Source: Neodothiora populina (lineage: Eukaryota). Taken from it: 64,000 nt of DNA. Numbering within the stretch: position 1 is the stretch's first letter; each line of letters starts with the position of its first letter. Position numbers and translations under genes: made by a program. The DNA lies in contig NW_027191414.1 in NCBI RefSeq assembly GCF_041146345.1, positions 930,001 through 994,000 on the forward strand. The letters are read 5' to 3'. The notes beneath the pieces were generated by a model, which saw only the letters and a list, made by a program, of their open reading frames with translations, was not told the DNA's origin and did no database searches. Of the stretch, positions 23,208 to 35,220 are shown piece after piece.

Positions 23208-24584
23208 ATGGCACTTCGCGGCAAGCACTTTTACATCGACGACTTTGAGAATGGAGTTGGTGCTGTGCCAGAGAGCAAACCTGCTCCAGTCAGTCCTTTT
23301 GATTTTATCGGAGATGTGCAGGAACGTGTGACAAAAGCGCCAGCTCCACCACAGCCGCCTTCATTAAATAATAGCTCTGGTGGCTTTCCAGCACACCGCA
23401 AACGCAACGTTCCGTCAAGATTCAAGAAGAACCGACAAGGCGACGACAGCCAGGCTGCAAGAGAAGATGCGCCTCAGACACCGACCTCAGCACTACCTCG
23501 GAGTGGCTCCGAACCCGAAAACCGGACGATGTCCACAGGTACATCTAATGAGGACGAATTTATGAGCTCGGAAAGGCGCCGTATAGATGAGGAAAACAGA
23601 CAAAGAATGCAGGAAATGTCACCAGAGGAGATAGAAGAAGAGAGAGCAGAGCTTCTCAAGTCCCTCGACCCTTCGCTGATTCAGCGGCTACTTGGTAGAT
23701 CGACGCTCAGAGATATAGAGAGGGCTAAAATCGAAGAAGGTGGCAGTGATGCCGACTTTCCCGGACTAGAGAAACAGGCTGAGCCTGAGGAGATCAAAGC
23801 TAGCCCGCCCAAGGCCCGCAAGAGCGTCAAATTTGCGGAACCAGATAGTGACGACAACCCAAGTGGAAAGACATTAGAGGAATCGCAGGTGGAAGAAGCA
23901 GATAATGAGATTGCAGGCCACGTCGCCGCAGCTAGTGAAGCTCTCCCTATGGATTCTACTATACATTTTCCCCAGCCCCCGCAACCACCGTCGCTAGATC
24001 CATCGTCCGAGACGTTTCTGCAAGACCTGCACGAGAAGTACTTTCCTTCGCTGCCTGAAGATCCAGAGAAGCTGGAGTGGATGAGATCAAAGCCTACAAA
24101 CACCTACTCCGCAACCCAAACATCGCTCGATCCCAAAGACATTCGATTTTCTTTTGCAGGGGCCTTGATTCCTCCATCGCTTGCTGCTGAGATACCAGTG
24201 ACAGCGGGTCTCCACCATCACGGCAATGCGCCAGACGCAGCCGGATACACAATCCCAGAGCTTGCCATTCTAGCGAGATCGACAGTCGCGGCGCAACGTT
24301 GTATGGCGTTTCAGACACTTGGACGACTACTGTACCGACTGGGCAAGGGAGAATTCGGTAACCCTGGAGACGGGACCGCGGGCACTGTGGGTGCTGAGGA
24401 CACTATGGGAGAGCTTGCGCGCAGTCTTTGGCACGAAGTCGAGAGGGAAAGCGTCATCGAGATTTGCGTGGCGGAAAGCCAAGGCAAGGTGGCAGGAGGC
24501 AGACATGTCAGTGCCCGAGCCTATGCAACGGAAGCAGTCTGGCTGTGGCAGAAGGGTGGTGGTCGACGATGGAAGGCAGCGTGA
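23208..24584 (+). CDS. RBA50: RNA polymerase II assembly factor Rba50/RPAP1
   Basis: IDEENRQRMQEMSPEEIEEERAELL (RPAP1_N) and GLHHHGNAPDAAGYTIPELAILARS...QRCMAFQTL (RPAP1_C). Confidence 0.92.
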   Translation: MALRGKHFYIDDFENGVGAVPESKPAPVSPFDFIGDVQERVTKAPAPPQPPSLNNSSGGFPAHRKRNVPSRFKKNRQGDDSQAAREDAPQTPTSALPRSGSEPENRTMSTGTSNEDEFMSSERRRIDEENRQRMQEMSPEEIEEERAELLKSLDPSLIQRLLGRSTLRDIERAKIEEGGSDADFPGLEKQAEPEEIKASPPKARKSVKFAEPDSDDNPSGKTLEESQVEEADNEIAGHVAAASEALPMDSTIHFPQPPQPPSLDPSSETFLQDLHEKYFPSLPEDPEKLEWMRSKPTNTYSATQTSLDPKDIRFSFAGALIPPSLAAEIPVTAGLHHHGNAPDAAGYTIPELAILARSTVAAQRCMAFQTLGRLLYRLGKGEFGNPGDGTAGTVGAEDTMGELARSLWHEVERESVIEICVAESQGKVAGGRHVSARAYATEAVWLWQKGGGRRWKAA

Positions 24585-24920
24585 GAATAGTGAAGCTGAA
24601 GCGCGAAAATACGACAATTATGTATACCCCTTATAGTATTGTCCTACAGCATACAAACAAACTACACAAAAAACCCATGATACTACTACACATCGCAATC
24701 GGGATCAACTTGCCATTCCAATTATCTACCATTAATTGACATGGTCGATCCATAAGTCTCTGTATCATCGAAGACAATTAATCAAAACGGATCTCCCACA
24801 CAAGTCACTTTAAAGCCCCGAGATCGTCTTGGCACCAAAAGCACGTAATAAGGTAATAAAGCCCAAGCAAAGCACACGGGCAGATACGCCAGCCCGCCAG
24901 CTGAGCCCTGGGGTTCGTTC

Positions 24921-24945
24921 GCTGGCTGGCTGGCTGGCTGGCTGG
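24921..24945. repeat. (GGCT)n microsatellite
   Basis: gctggctggctggctggctggctgg. Confidence 0.85.
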
Positions 24946-25139
24946 CCGTAAGCGGGCCAAAAGAGAAAGTAAAAGCGATAATTATTGTGTGATAGGACTC
25001 TAACTACCACTCACACCGAAGCATAACTCAACGTGCAGTCTTTCCCTCCCTTTTCCAAGTGTTCTGAAGAGGAGTGCCAGAATCACAAGCGCCATTCAAT
25101 TCTCTTGTCAAGTAATTGTCTTTGCTGTGCGTACGAGAG

Positions 25140-26753
25140 ATGGCAGAGGCACTCGAGGAGGTTCAGCCCCAGGGCAGTCTGGCAAAGGATTTGTTCTCTG
25201 GCGCGGTTGGAGGTGTTGCGCAGGTCTTGATTGGTATGTATATTGGGTTGATTCATCCGCTCGCTTTCTTTGATTTTTGTAGTTCAATCCTTTTTCCTGC
25301 TTGTTTCTTTCTTGTTGCATATTCCTGTTGTTCATTGCATTCAAGAGCACAAAAAGAAAAAGAAACATGACAACCTAAGGGGATTGACTTTTGAATTATT
25401 GTTTGGTTTCGCTGTTCCTTCTCGGCATGCATGAACCCGCAGATCGAATGCGAATCAACATCGTCAACACTATCTGAAAGACATTAGAGTAAACCGCTAA
25501 CATGAGTCTTGTCCTTGTCAATCACAGGCCAACCCTTTGGTATGACAAGACACCACTTTCCAGGGATCGAAGACATACGGGGAAATTAATGTGACGCATT
25601 AGACATTGTCAAGGTCCGGCTCCAGACCACGACACAGTACAAGAACGCATTGGATGCTGCCTCGCAGATTCTGAAGAATGAGGGCGCGCCGGCGTTTTAC
25701 AAGGGAACGCTCACGCCGTTGATTGGCATTGGTGCTTGTGTAGGTCTTTTGTTTCTTCGTCTCTGCATTTTCCGTCTCCTCTAAACACACAATGTCTTTT
25801 CTCTCGTGATGCTCTTGGTGGAAAGATGGTCAAGTAGCTCCGGATCCGCCTTGTTTGCAATCTCCTGTTTTCCCTCTTTTGTTCAAACCACAAGAAACAA
25901 AAAAGCTAGACTACATCACGAGGCATTGCCATATATACATCTAAGCCCTTCAGAGAAAAAGGAAAATAGGGAAGCGAAGTAATCTAACAAGAAAAAGGTC
26001 TCCGTCCAATTCGCGGGCTTCAACTACGCCAAGCGCTACTTCGAGACCGCCAACAAAGGCAGCCCACTAAGCTACACACAATACTACGGGGCAGGCGCAT
26101 TCGCCGGAATCTCCAACACCCTCCTCTCCAGCCCGATCGAGCACATCCGCATCCGCCTGCAAACCCAACCCCACGGCGCGCAACGCCTCTACTCCGGGCC
26201 GCTCGACTGCGTGCGCAAGCTGACCGCGCACGAAGGGCTCCTCAAAGGCGTCTACCGCGGCACAGCAGTGACCTGGCTGCGAGAAGCGCAAGCCTACGGC
26301 GTGTGGTTCGCGAGTTTCGAATACATGATGAACAGCGACGCGGCGCGCAATGAGGTCTCGCGCTCGCAGATCCCGACGTGGAAAGTGGCGCTGTACGGCG
26401 GCCTTGCTGGCGAGGCCCTGTGGTTGAGTTCGTACCCGTTTGATGTCATCAAGAGTAAGATGCAGAGCGATGGGTTTGGTGCTGCGCAGAAGTATAAGTC
26501 TATGAGGGATTGCTTTGCGAAGACTTTTGCGCAGGAGGGATTGAGGGGCTTCTGGAAGGGACTCGCGCCGACGTTGCTCAGGGCTATGCCGGTCTCTGGT
26601 GGCACTTTTGCTACGTATGTATTCTTTTTCCTTTCTTTTTGCAGTGCTGTTTTGCTGGGGAGTTTTCTGGTTCTTGGTGGCAAAAGAGAGTGGGTTTGCT
26701 GACATCATATGTGATCCTACAGTGTCGAGTTGACGATGAGAATGATCAGCTAG
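25140..26753 (+). CDS. Mitochondrial carrier (SLC25), Ymc1/Ymc2-like; exons 25140-25233, 25528-25539, 25603-25739, 25998-26614, 26723-26753
   Basis: Three PX[DE]XX[KR] signatures (PFDIVKVRLQ, PIEHIRIRLQ, PFDVIKSKMQ); 12-nt micro-exon; canonical splice sites. Confidence 0.92.
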
Positions 26754-27094
26754 AGCATGGTCACTTCATAGTTTGAGTTGTTTGTAGCAGGAAAAAAGGG
26801 GCATGTTGTTTTCGAGTTCACGTGGGGCAGCAAGGCAAGAGGGCGGCAATTGGTGGTTCTACAGCGAAATGTGGATCGATAATTGATAGGTCCGTAGGCC
26901 CCATGTGACTTATACGACAGGACACTGGAGGGATCTGGACTGTGTGGTACTTCTTTGAGTCCACGGCTCGACTGCTGCTGCAGTGGTGCAGCATAGATTG
27001 CTTAGACTGGACGGAACATGGCTCGTATGGCCCTAGAGCGCCCTTTTGCATTTTTCCATTATGCTTTGCGATTGCAACTGGGTGGCAGAGAAGT

Positions 27095-28297
27095 CTAAGC
27101 TGCCCACACCTCCTTGCCCACACCCTCGATCCAGTTTCCAAGCTTGTTCACGCCATCGTCCCACTCTCTTAGTCTGTTCCTCATTCCCTCGATCTGAGCC
27201 TTGTCCAAAACCTTGGGCTGGACCCAGGTTATCCTGGCGACCTCGGCGACTTGGTCGATGGTGCCTCTGACCAAGCCGAGACTGAGAGCCTTCATGATCA
27301 GGTGCTCGATCTCGTCGGGTTGGACGTTGGTCTCGCTGGCAATTGCAGAGAAAGTCATGGCGCGGTCGTGTGGAGGGCGACGGAAGACGGTCTCTGTCAG
27401 GGCGGATAGGCTGATTTTCTGGTAAAGGAAGGTCTGGTGCTCCTTTAGCAGATTGTTCTTGCCTATGTGGGCGGCGAGGACATCGTATGCGCGCAGGTCA
27501 CCACGGTTGAAGGCGGCCAGCAGGTCACGCAGCCATGCGTGAGGCGTGTCGGTGAGAGAGTCGAGGATGGGATGTAGCAGGAGCTCTCCGAAGTTGTAGA
27601 TAGACTCTGACACCAGAGCGGCGACAGAGAGATCGTAAGCCAGACGTTGGCGCTCCGGCACAGGTAGAGAGGGCAGGTCGATGCAGGCGAGGTAAAGCAG
27701 GGTTGTGCGGTAGTAGGGGGCAAAGTCATGCTTGGCCTGGTGGTAGTCTGCGTTTACGCGGTAGAAGGAAGCGTGGACGATGGAGTCGACAGAGTCAAAG
27801 GTGTCGAGGATGGACTCGCAATTGTCGAGACGCTTCCGTGAGTCTTCGTTGTTGCCCAGACGGAGGTGAACTGCGGCGACGGCTGTATTCGCATAGACAA
27901 AGGCGTCTTGCGACGAGGGCTTGTCGACTCTGGTGGCGAGGGATGTGAGGAATTGGAGACGGCTGGTTTCGTCTAATTGAGATGCAAGTCAGACACGAAA
28001 GCGACAACAGAGAACAGAAGAAGCAGTACCTTCGCACTGAGAGGCGGCGCTGAGACCGAGAGTGACGAGCTTGAGCTGGTTGATCTTGTCGGCGAAGCTC
28101 TTGATGAAGGTATTGAACAGAGGTAACCTCTGCGAGGCGCTCTGGTCCTGTTGGAAGTATTCGACGAGCACGTCAGTCAACTCGTGCCACAGCTTGCGCT
28201 CCCAGTAGTCCTCGAAAGTGAGGAAGTAGTGCTGGGCATCCTCGGGGGCCTTTTCGCGCTGCTCGGACAGCAGATCGGGGATTGTGTCGATGTCCAT
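27095..28297 (-). CDS. RPN9: 26S proteasome lid subunit Rpn9 (PSMD13); intron 27973-28029
   Basis: FEDYWERKLWHELT, IYNFGELLLHPIL, PCI domain IMKALSLGLVRGTIDQV...WVQPKVL. Confidence 0.95.
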
Positions 28298-28821
28298 GGC
28301 GGAAGATGTGACTGTAAGGGAAGGAAAGAGAGAGCTCGACGACTGAAGCCGCCAGGTGTTTCCCGCGTGTCTTGACTACTCTGCTGTGATGGACAGGAAG
28401 ATGACCGATGAGTGCGAAGAGAGGCAAAGACGAGATGGCGCAGATGCTGAGTTGCGATGCTGGCTACAGCTGGAAGGTATAGTACCTAGGTTTAGGTATG
28501 GAAGGAACACGAACAATGAGGTCAGGCACACCGAAGGAAGGTACAGTACCTTGCATTGCCGTATGTAAGTATAAGTCCTCGATTTATGCAAGCTTGCTCA
28601 TGGATGCCTGGGGCTCTGTGAGGCGTCTATTCCTGCAGTACAAGAAGGGCCAGTGGCTCGTGCTCGGCTGTCTCTCGTCCAATCAAAGCGCGTACAGAGG
28701 TGATTGATGCGCCCGTACGTACTTGCCTGTACTGTGCTGTGCTGCGCTGCTACTGCTGTCCATATCTGATATTCACTTCTATATACTTCCAAATCCACAC
28801 TTCCCCCACCCATCGCCCACG

Positions 28822-30292
28822 ATGAGCCAGATCGGTACACAGATGGCTCTTCACAGGCAATTATGCCGGCCTGGCGCTTCATTGGCCAGCCTGGCTCCCA
28901 GATCCATCTCCCGCGTCTACCAGAGGAACCTTCAGGACATTGCCATTACCAGGACCGGCAAGCCCATTATCCGAATCGCTGGTGGAAGGTGTGTTGCTCT
29001 TGTCTTCTGTCTTCTATTGACAGGCCGATTGACTGATTCTCCCGCAGATCATCTCTTGGAGGTTCGCGCCCGCTCGCTGCAGACAGCTCCTTCTGTCCTT
29101 CAAACACACCTCGCTGACCTCTCCGTCAAGGACACACGGCAACCGTCTTCGGTGCGACTGGCTTCCTCGGTCGCTACATTGTCAACAGACTCGGTATGAA
29201 CAAGTCACCAAAAGCAAAGGCTGGGATGGGTGTTGATCGGAAATACAGCTAGAGCAGGATGCACCGTCGTCGTGCCCTTCCGAGAGGAAATGGCCAAGCG
29301 TCACCTCAAGGTCTCTGGTGACCTCGGCCGTGTCGTCTTCATGGTAAGACTCCTTTCACGTCTTATCATCTGCCTACTTCTCACTGTTCCCAGGAATACG
29401 ACCTCCGAAACACCCAATCCATCGAAGAGTCCGTGCGCCACTCTGACATTGTCTACAATTTGATTGGGCGCGACTATTCCACCAAGAACTTCGATCTCGA
29501 GGATGTGCACGTCGAGGGAACGCACCGCATTGCGAACGCCGTCGCCAAGTACGATGTCGACCGCTTCGTCCACGTTTCCTCCCACTCGGCCTCTCTGAAC
29601 TCGCCCTCCGAGTTCTACCGCACCAAGGCCCGCGGCGAGCAGATCGCCCGCGATGTCTACCCGGAGACCACCATCGTGCGACCCGCACCCATGTTCGGAT
29701 ACGAGGACCGTCTGCTCCATCGCATCGCCAACGTCGCCAACGTCATCACCTCGAACCACATGCAGGAGCGCTTCAACCCCGTCCACGTCATCGACGTCGG
29801 CATGGCGCTCGAGAAGATGCTCTACGACGACTCCACCGCCGGCGAGACTTACGAGCTCTACGGCCCCAAGCAGTACCAGATGGCCGAGCTCAAGGAGATG
29901 GTTGACAAGGAAATCCTCAAGACGAGGAGACACGTCAACATCCCTCCCCAGATCATGGGCCCCCTCACAGCCGTGTTGAACAAGCTCCTGTGGTGGCCCG
30001 TCGGCAGCAGAGACGAGATTGTGCGCGAGTTTTTGGATCAGGTCATTGACCCTTCTGCAAAGACTTTCAAGGACTTGGAGATTGAGCCCGTCGACATTGC
30101 AAACTACACCTACCACTACCTGGTAAGTTCTCTCTTCTCTTATCTTCTATCAAATCCGCATTTACTGATTTTGTTTCTTGTCAACCCGTACAGCAAGGAT
30201 ACCGCAGCTCTTCGTACTACGACTTGCCTCCCATGACGGAGCGCGAGAAGAGAGAGGAGAAGAAGTACGTCCACGTCCTCGACGACCAATAG
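28822..30292 (+). CDS. NDUFA9: NADH:ubiquinone oxidoreductase 40-kDa subunit (NDUFA9, SDR fold); introns 28989-29047, 29062-29130, 29194-29248, 29344-29393, 30123-30193; alternative in-frame ATG at 28843
   Basis: [28 protein letters not shown] after splicing; VYNLIGRDY.TKNF; mitochondrial presequence. Confidence 0.95.
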
Positions 30293-30836
30293 ACGAAAAA
30301 AGAGGGGACGACAGAGATGAAATGGAAGAAAAGGGAAAGAGAAATACAGTCTGACAGCGGATACCTCTTTTCCCATCTCTTTTGACGTCTACTTTCCGGA
30401 TAATCTCGAGTCTCGCAAGTTTCCAATTTTATTTTATATTTTCCGTCAATGCTTCCGCTTTTTTGTTTGTAGACACACTGTATAAAAAAGGGAAGACAAA
30501 TGCTACGACTGGATTCGGAAGAGAAAAGAACCACGAGCTTTCGTTCTTCGTCTCTTCTTTCGTTATTATTGGTGTTGTTCTCTGTTGCGATGTGATTGAC
30601 CACCTCTTTTTCCTTGCACGACATCAAGTGCATTGACTGTATCTTGTGTGCTGGATGGTACTAGACTACTCGGAAGTAGACCTCGTTCATCAATCCTTCA
30701 TCAATCCGTCCATGTATCCGTTCATCCCATCTCACAAAAGTCCGTCCCACAAAGACGCTCCATTCCATGTTCAAAGATACACCCCCCTCCCAGACCCCCA
30801 AAAAGAAAAGAAATGCGAAAAAAATCAATCAATCAA

Positions 30837-31459
30837 TCAATCAATCTCCCTAATCATATAAAACAGCATATACGCCTCGGCACCAAGCACCTCCTTCTCC
30901 TCGACAAGCACGACCTTGCTGTCATCGAACAAGAACCACTCGTCGCCCTCGCGCGCGTAGCTGACGTAGTGCCCGTTGTCCATCTTGCCCTTGTGCACGA
31001 TGACGCTGCTGAGCTCGTAGACGGGCTTCGAGGGCGTCGGGGACTCTTCGTTTGCTTCTGCTGCGCCATTCGTCGCCGTCGTCGTTGTTGCTGTGTTATT
31101 GTTGTTGTTGTTGTTGTTGTTGTTGTCGTCGGATGAGGACTTCTTCTTGGCTGGCTTGGCCCGGCTCGAATAAGGCTGCAGGTCGAGCGTGATGGGAAAC
31201 CGCACTTTGACGTCGAGTTTGATGGATGTGGCGGATGATTTGGAGTGCGAGAAGCGCTTGAGGTGGATGGGCAGCACGGCGGGCAGGCGGTGCAGCGAGA
31301 GCCGCTTGATGGCGTTTTGAGCGCTGTCGCATTGCCGGCAGGTGTAGTCTGCTGCTTGGAGCGTTTCGGGACTCGTGAAGCGGTCGAAGCACTCGGAGAG
31401 GTCTATTGCTGACATCTGCTGTGGGGGAGGGGGTGCGGTGTTGCTTTTGTCGCTGCTGC

Positions 31460-31514
<55 letters not shown>

Positions 31515-32717
31515 CTTCTTGCTCTTTTTTATGCCGGGGTTTTTCACGTCGAGGGAGAGGTCGATGAAGGGGTCGTAGGCCGCGGTGATGTTCTTGCATT
31601 TCGAGCATGCCACTGTGCTGCGCATGATGCCGCAGAAGGTCTGGTGGATCACGCAGGTGCACTCTTCTGCTTTTTCCTCATTTTCGTCTTCTTCCAGGTT
31701 CGCCGTGTGCAGGTTGTTCAGGATGAACTGGAGGTACTCGTGCGCGTCTTGCTGCTGGTATCCGGCGAGACTACCGCCGCCTTTCCAGCTGCCTTGCAGC
31801 ATGGCCACGGCGCCGTACCCTTCTGCTTTTTCCGTGCTGTGGAACTCGGTGAAGATGTCGTCTAGCGCGCATGATGTGCATGCTTCTCGTTCGCACTCGG
31901 TCGAGCGATGGCCGCCCGCGAGGTAATAGGACCGGATGAAGGGGTTGTGGATGAGGGATTGCAGCACGACGGACATGAAACATGTCTGACCCATGTTGTA
32001 GAGCCCGCGCAGCCCTCGTGCGCGACATGGTGTGGCGGTTGCATTTGATGCTGTGATTTTGCTGTCGACGTCGGAGATGAATGCCGCATACTTGCGTTTT
32101 TTGGCTAGATAGAGAGTCAGCTGATGACAGTTATTTGCGCATCGCATAACACATGCCTTGTCCGGTGCGGATCTCTTCTAGCGTAGGGTCGTAGATGAAG
32201 TCATTACACTCCCGGCACCACACATGGCCCTTGTTCGATTCTACACCTGTGATACTATGAGCGCGCTATCCAGTGGGAGACCCGAGGCAGAGACCAATGC
32301 CTCACATAAAGTATGCTCCTTCTCATGGAAATCTCGGTCGTCGTAGGTGGCGATGTGAGAGCAGTGGAAGCACAGGTAGTTTGGAGTGAGTGACACGGCC
32401 GATGCCTTGTCGGTTTGCGATAGATGCGGCACGACAGATGTCGGTTTCTGTATGGCTTGGATGATGGCGCCGTATTTCTTGACCGTCTCTTCCTGGTTGT
32501 CTTCAATGCGCGCTTTGATATGGTCTGGTTGAATTCATGCTTCAGTACTCGGTCTTCTTCTTCTCACTTCGCGTTCTTTGAACGAATCGAATCATCAGCA
32601 CTCACCACAACCATAGATCTTCTGCATCGAGGGCAGCGGATAGCGGATATCTGCCAAAGACGGCTTCTTGACCAGCTTAGGAGATGTTGCCGACGTGGGA
32701 GTCTGGTCCATCGCCAT
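30837..32717 (-). CDS. UBP8: SAGA deubiquitinase Ubp8/USP22; introns 32525-32605, 32247-32305 and 32105-32156 (GC-AG)
   Basis: N-terminal UBP zinc finger (GCDH...CFHC...HVWCRECNDFIYDP); Cys box GLYNMGQTCFMSVVLQ, QQDAHE, His box VHKGKMDNGHYVSY...FDD. Confidence 0.92.
31096..31514. repeat. Two coding (AAC)n tracts giving N18 (31461-31514) and N10 (31096-31125) in Ubp8
   Basis: (GTT)n runs on + strand, in frame as poly-Asn. Confidence 0.9.
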
Positions 32718-33046
32718 TATTGTCACTATTCTGGGGGGCAAAGGCGCCGCTCACAATGCGCGGAACCGCACCCTTGTTGGAGTTTATATCACGGGCGATC
32801 TTGAGCCGAGAAAAAGCCCTTGCTGCTCTGACGACTGCCTCGTTCGATTACGATTATGACTATATACCGCGAAAAGCACATGCTATCTCCCAGTCGTACT
32901 TGAGATATATACTCTATAACCGGCAACAAGCGTTTATTGTTCGGCGATAGGCGATCCCGTCCGGTGCCTGGGAAGCCAAAAAATCCGGGGACGGAAAACG
33001 TCTATTGCAATTGATGAATCCACAACTCCAAGCCGAATTTTACAAT

Positions 33047-33145
33047 GGCATTGTGGCGGAGTGGTTAACGCGTCAGACTTGAACACGCTATGCGTTCAGC
33101 AATCTGATACTTTCGAGTGCGCAGGTTCGAGTCCTGTCAATGTCG
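33047..33145 (+). tRNA. tRNA-Ser(UGA) with intron 33084-33101
   Basis: Acceptor stem GGCATTG/CAATGTC, anticodon stem TCAGA/TCTGA, long variable arm, GGTTCGAGTCC T-loop, downstream T-run. Confidence 0.93.
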
Positions 33146-33669
33146 ATGATTTACTTTTTGGCTGGATCTTGTGAAGTGGTTCTCGTGTGATTGTTTGAAC
33201 CATGGTATCATTTGCAACAACGTCCGGTGTCTGAGGTACATGCCTGTCGATGACACATTTTTGGCTGCGTGAGCTGATGGGTTGTGTATCACTGCGTTGC
33301 TTAGGTACCTACCTTATGAAGAGATGGACCAGACATCACAATTGGTATCTTGACTTTACTCAGACCTCTCCCTCATGATATATCTCGCACAATGCCATCC
33401 AGCTTCTGAAGCATCTTCGTGTTTATCTACCAAAGCTCGTTTAAGCACTGATTTAAGCGAAAAATTCAGGGATACCTGACCAGATAGCAACCGAGCTTGG
33501 TAGACATTCGCTAGCACCGAACGTCAACCAAGCCTTTTTGCTTATCCACAAACCAAATCAAGACAACATTGGTCCATGCGAAGCAAAACGATGCTTCGAT
33601 TCCACCTCTCGATGGTCTAATCATATTCCAACCATCAGACACCAAAAGCACAAAAGGAAGTGAGTTGAT

Positions 33670-33757
33670 TGGTCAGTACGGGGGTCGAACCCGCGACCTT
33701 GGCGTGCCAGATAGGAAGCTATTAGCACCACGCTCTAACCAACTGAGCTAACCGACC
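33670..33757 (-). tRNA. tRNA-Ile(AAU) with intron 33706-33719
   Basis: Reverse complement GGTCGGTTAGCTCAGTTGGTTAGAGCGTGGTGCT-AAT-A[intron]ACGCCAAGGTCGCGGGTTCGACCCCCGTACTGACCA. Confidence 0.93.
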
Positions 33758-33951
33758 AGGCTGAAGTTTCGAACACCAGTGATGTTAATATCCTTTTCAG
33801 ATCCCACTTTCAGAACAGTCCAGCCTGTGATCGCCATCTGTAGCATCCTCAACAAATCCATTTCGAACATGCACTGTCGTGCCGCAGATGCAGGATACCC
33901 ATTAAAACATCTTTGCAAGTACAGTCTAAACAGCAAAGCCAGGGGTCTTAT

Positions 33952-35220
33952 TCAAACGACCAGCCACTCGGAGTCGGACTCCTCCTTTACGTGGATGTAA
34001 TCATCATCGCTCTCCGACGGCAGAAGTTCAGGGCTCTGCGGTGGCGCCTTGTGCCCACTAGGCAATGCTTCGTCAAATACTTGCCTGAGCTCGCCCTTCT
34101 TAACAAAAGGGCGGAACCTCAGACTCGTCTTCTTAGGCCCTCTTAACACCAAAGGTTTGGCAGTGTCAAGTTGCACGAATATGTCTGGAGGTGTGTCTGG
34201 TTCGCTCTTGTCGCCAGACGGACTCTTATTGACGAGGTCTTCTTCGTCAAGTTTGCGCTGTGCAACCATTTCATCATTCAGTAAAGCCATGATCCCAACG
34301 GTGTGGGTGTCCATGATAGCTTCACGATACGATGGGTCTAATCGGGGAAGTTGTGGCCAATCCCACTCCTCGACCCTATGTTCTTGTGTGGCTTCTCTGT
34401 TGCGGACAGTGTCGAAATCGGTCGTAGAAAGCCTGTCGTTCCCGTAACGATTCGATGCTCGTGGGGTCGTCACCTCGTCCCGGCTGTCTGGCTCATCGCT
34501 GAGACTCCAGAGATGGTACAGAACATCGCGAAGTATGCACTGCTCCAATGAGTTTCTTGGTGCATCTGGGAATGGTCTGATGGGTAGCTGAATGATTGCC
34601 AAAGCGGCTTCGTCCACAAAACCTCGGTTGATGTTCACCATACACAGGTCTTGCTGAAAGCTTCGATGCTCAAAGGCAAGCTCTCTGAAGCTTTGCATCT
34701 GTCCCAGTTTATGGTACAGAAACATAGCGACGCAATAATTCGAAATAGTATCGATGATGTCTTTCTGAGTCGGCATGTAGCGGTAGATGAAGTTGACTGC
34801 TTCACACAAGTCCAGAGGTGGCATGCAAGAACTACAAGAGAGCTCACACTCTCTAGTTATGTTTGCTTTGGCCGCTAAACGGAGGCCATCGATATCATAG
34901 ATGTTTGCAAGAAAGTATATCTGTGCATGCAGCAGCATTGAGATCGGTCCATCCTTGCATTCGTCTGCTACGTAGTCTCTGGGGTCAGTGTAGATGTAGC
35001 GAAGAAGTGAGGCAGCAACAGCTTCGCTGTATGTGTCCTCTAAGTAGTGTCTTGGACCTGAGCGGGTTGGATCAAATACCAAGGCTAGCACAGGGCTCAC
35101 ATCCTCGATAATATCTAGATTCAGTCCTTCTATGAGAGCAGATGTCGTACCATCGGGACGCTGCACGCCTAGTACAGCATTGCCCTTTGGATGGTTTTTG
35201 AGAAAGTTCAAGTCGTCCAT
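33952..35220 (-). CDS. Hypothetical protein with degenerate BTB/POZ-like N-terminal domain
   Basis: Long ORF; LLRYIYT...LLHAQIYFLANIYDIDGLRLAA pattern typical of fungal BTB proteins; acidic tail ending SDSEWLVV. Confidence 0.7.
   Translation of the reverse strand: MDDLNFLKNHPKGNAVLGVQRPDGTTSALIEGLNLDIIEDVSPVLALVFDPTRSGPRHYLEDTYSEAVAASLLRYIYTDPRDYVADECKDGPISMLLHAQIYFLANIYDIDGLRLAAKANITRECELSCSSCMPPLDLCEAVNFIYRYMPTQKDIIDTISNYCVAMFLYHKLGQMQSFRELAFEHRSFQQDLCMVNINRGFVDEAALAIIQLPIRPFPDAPRNSLEQCILRDVLYHLWSLSDEPDSRDEVTTPRASNRYGNDRLSTTDFDTVRNREATQEHRVEEWDWPQLPRLDPSYREAIMDTHTVGIMALLNDEMVAQRKLDEEDLVNKSPSGDKSEPDTPPDIFVQLDTAKPLVLRGPKKTSLRFRPFVKKGELRQVFDEALPSGHKAPPQSPELLPSESDDDYIHVKEESDSEWLVV

Noticed and set aside
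25320..25375. snR30/U17-like m1 (ATATTCCTG) and m2-like motif in carrier intron 1
   Set aside because: m2 reads AAACAT, not the required AAACCAT, and no convincing H/ACA architecture
26676..26684. Yeast PACE motif GGTGGCAAA
   Set aside because: Lies in a carrier intron downstream of RPN9, not in its promoter
29301..30116. 271-aa antisense ORF over NDUFA9 (and similar shadows over RPS20, WC-1, LYS2)
   Set aside because: Expected by-product of strong codon bias in GC-rich genes
32540..32600. Box C/D-like TGATGA...CTGA in UBP8 intron 1
   Set aside because: Intron is only 81 nt, box C abuts the donor and CTGA sits at the branch position; no recognisable guide
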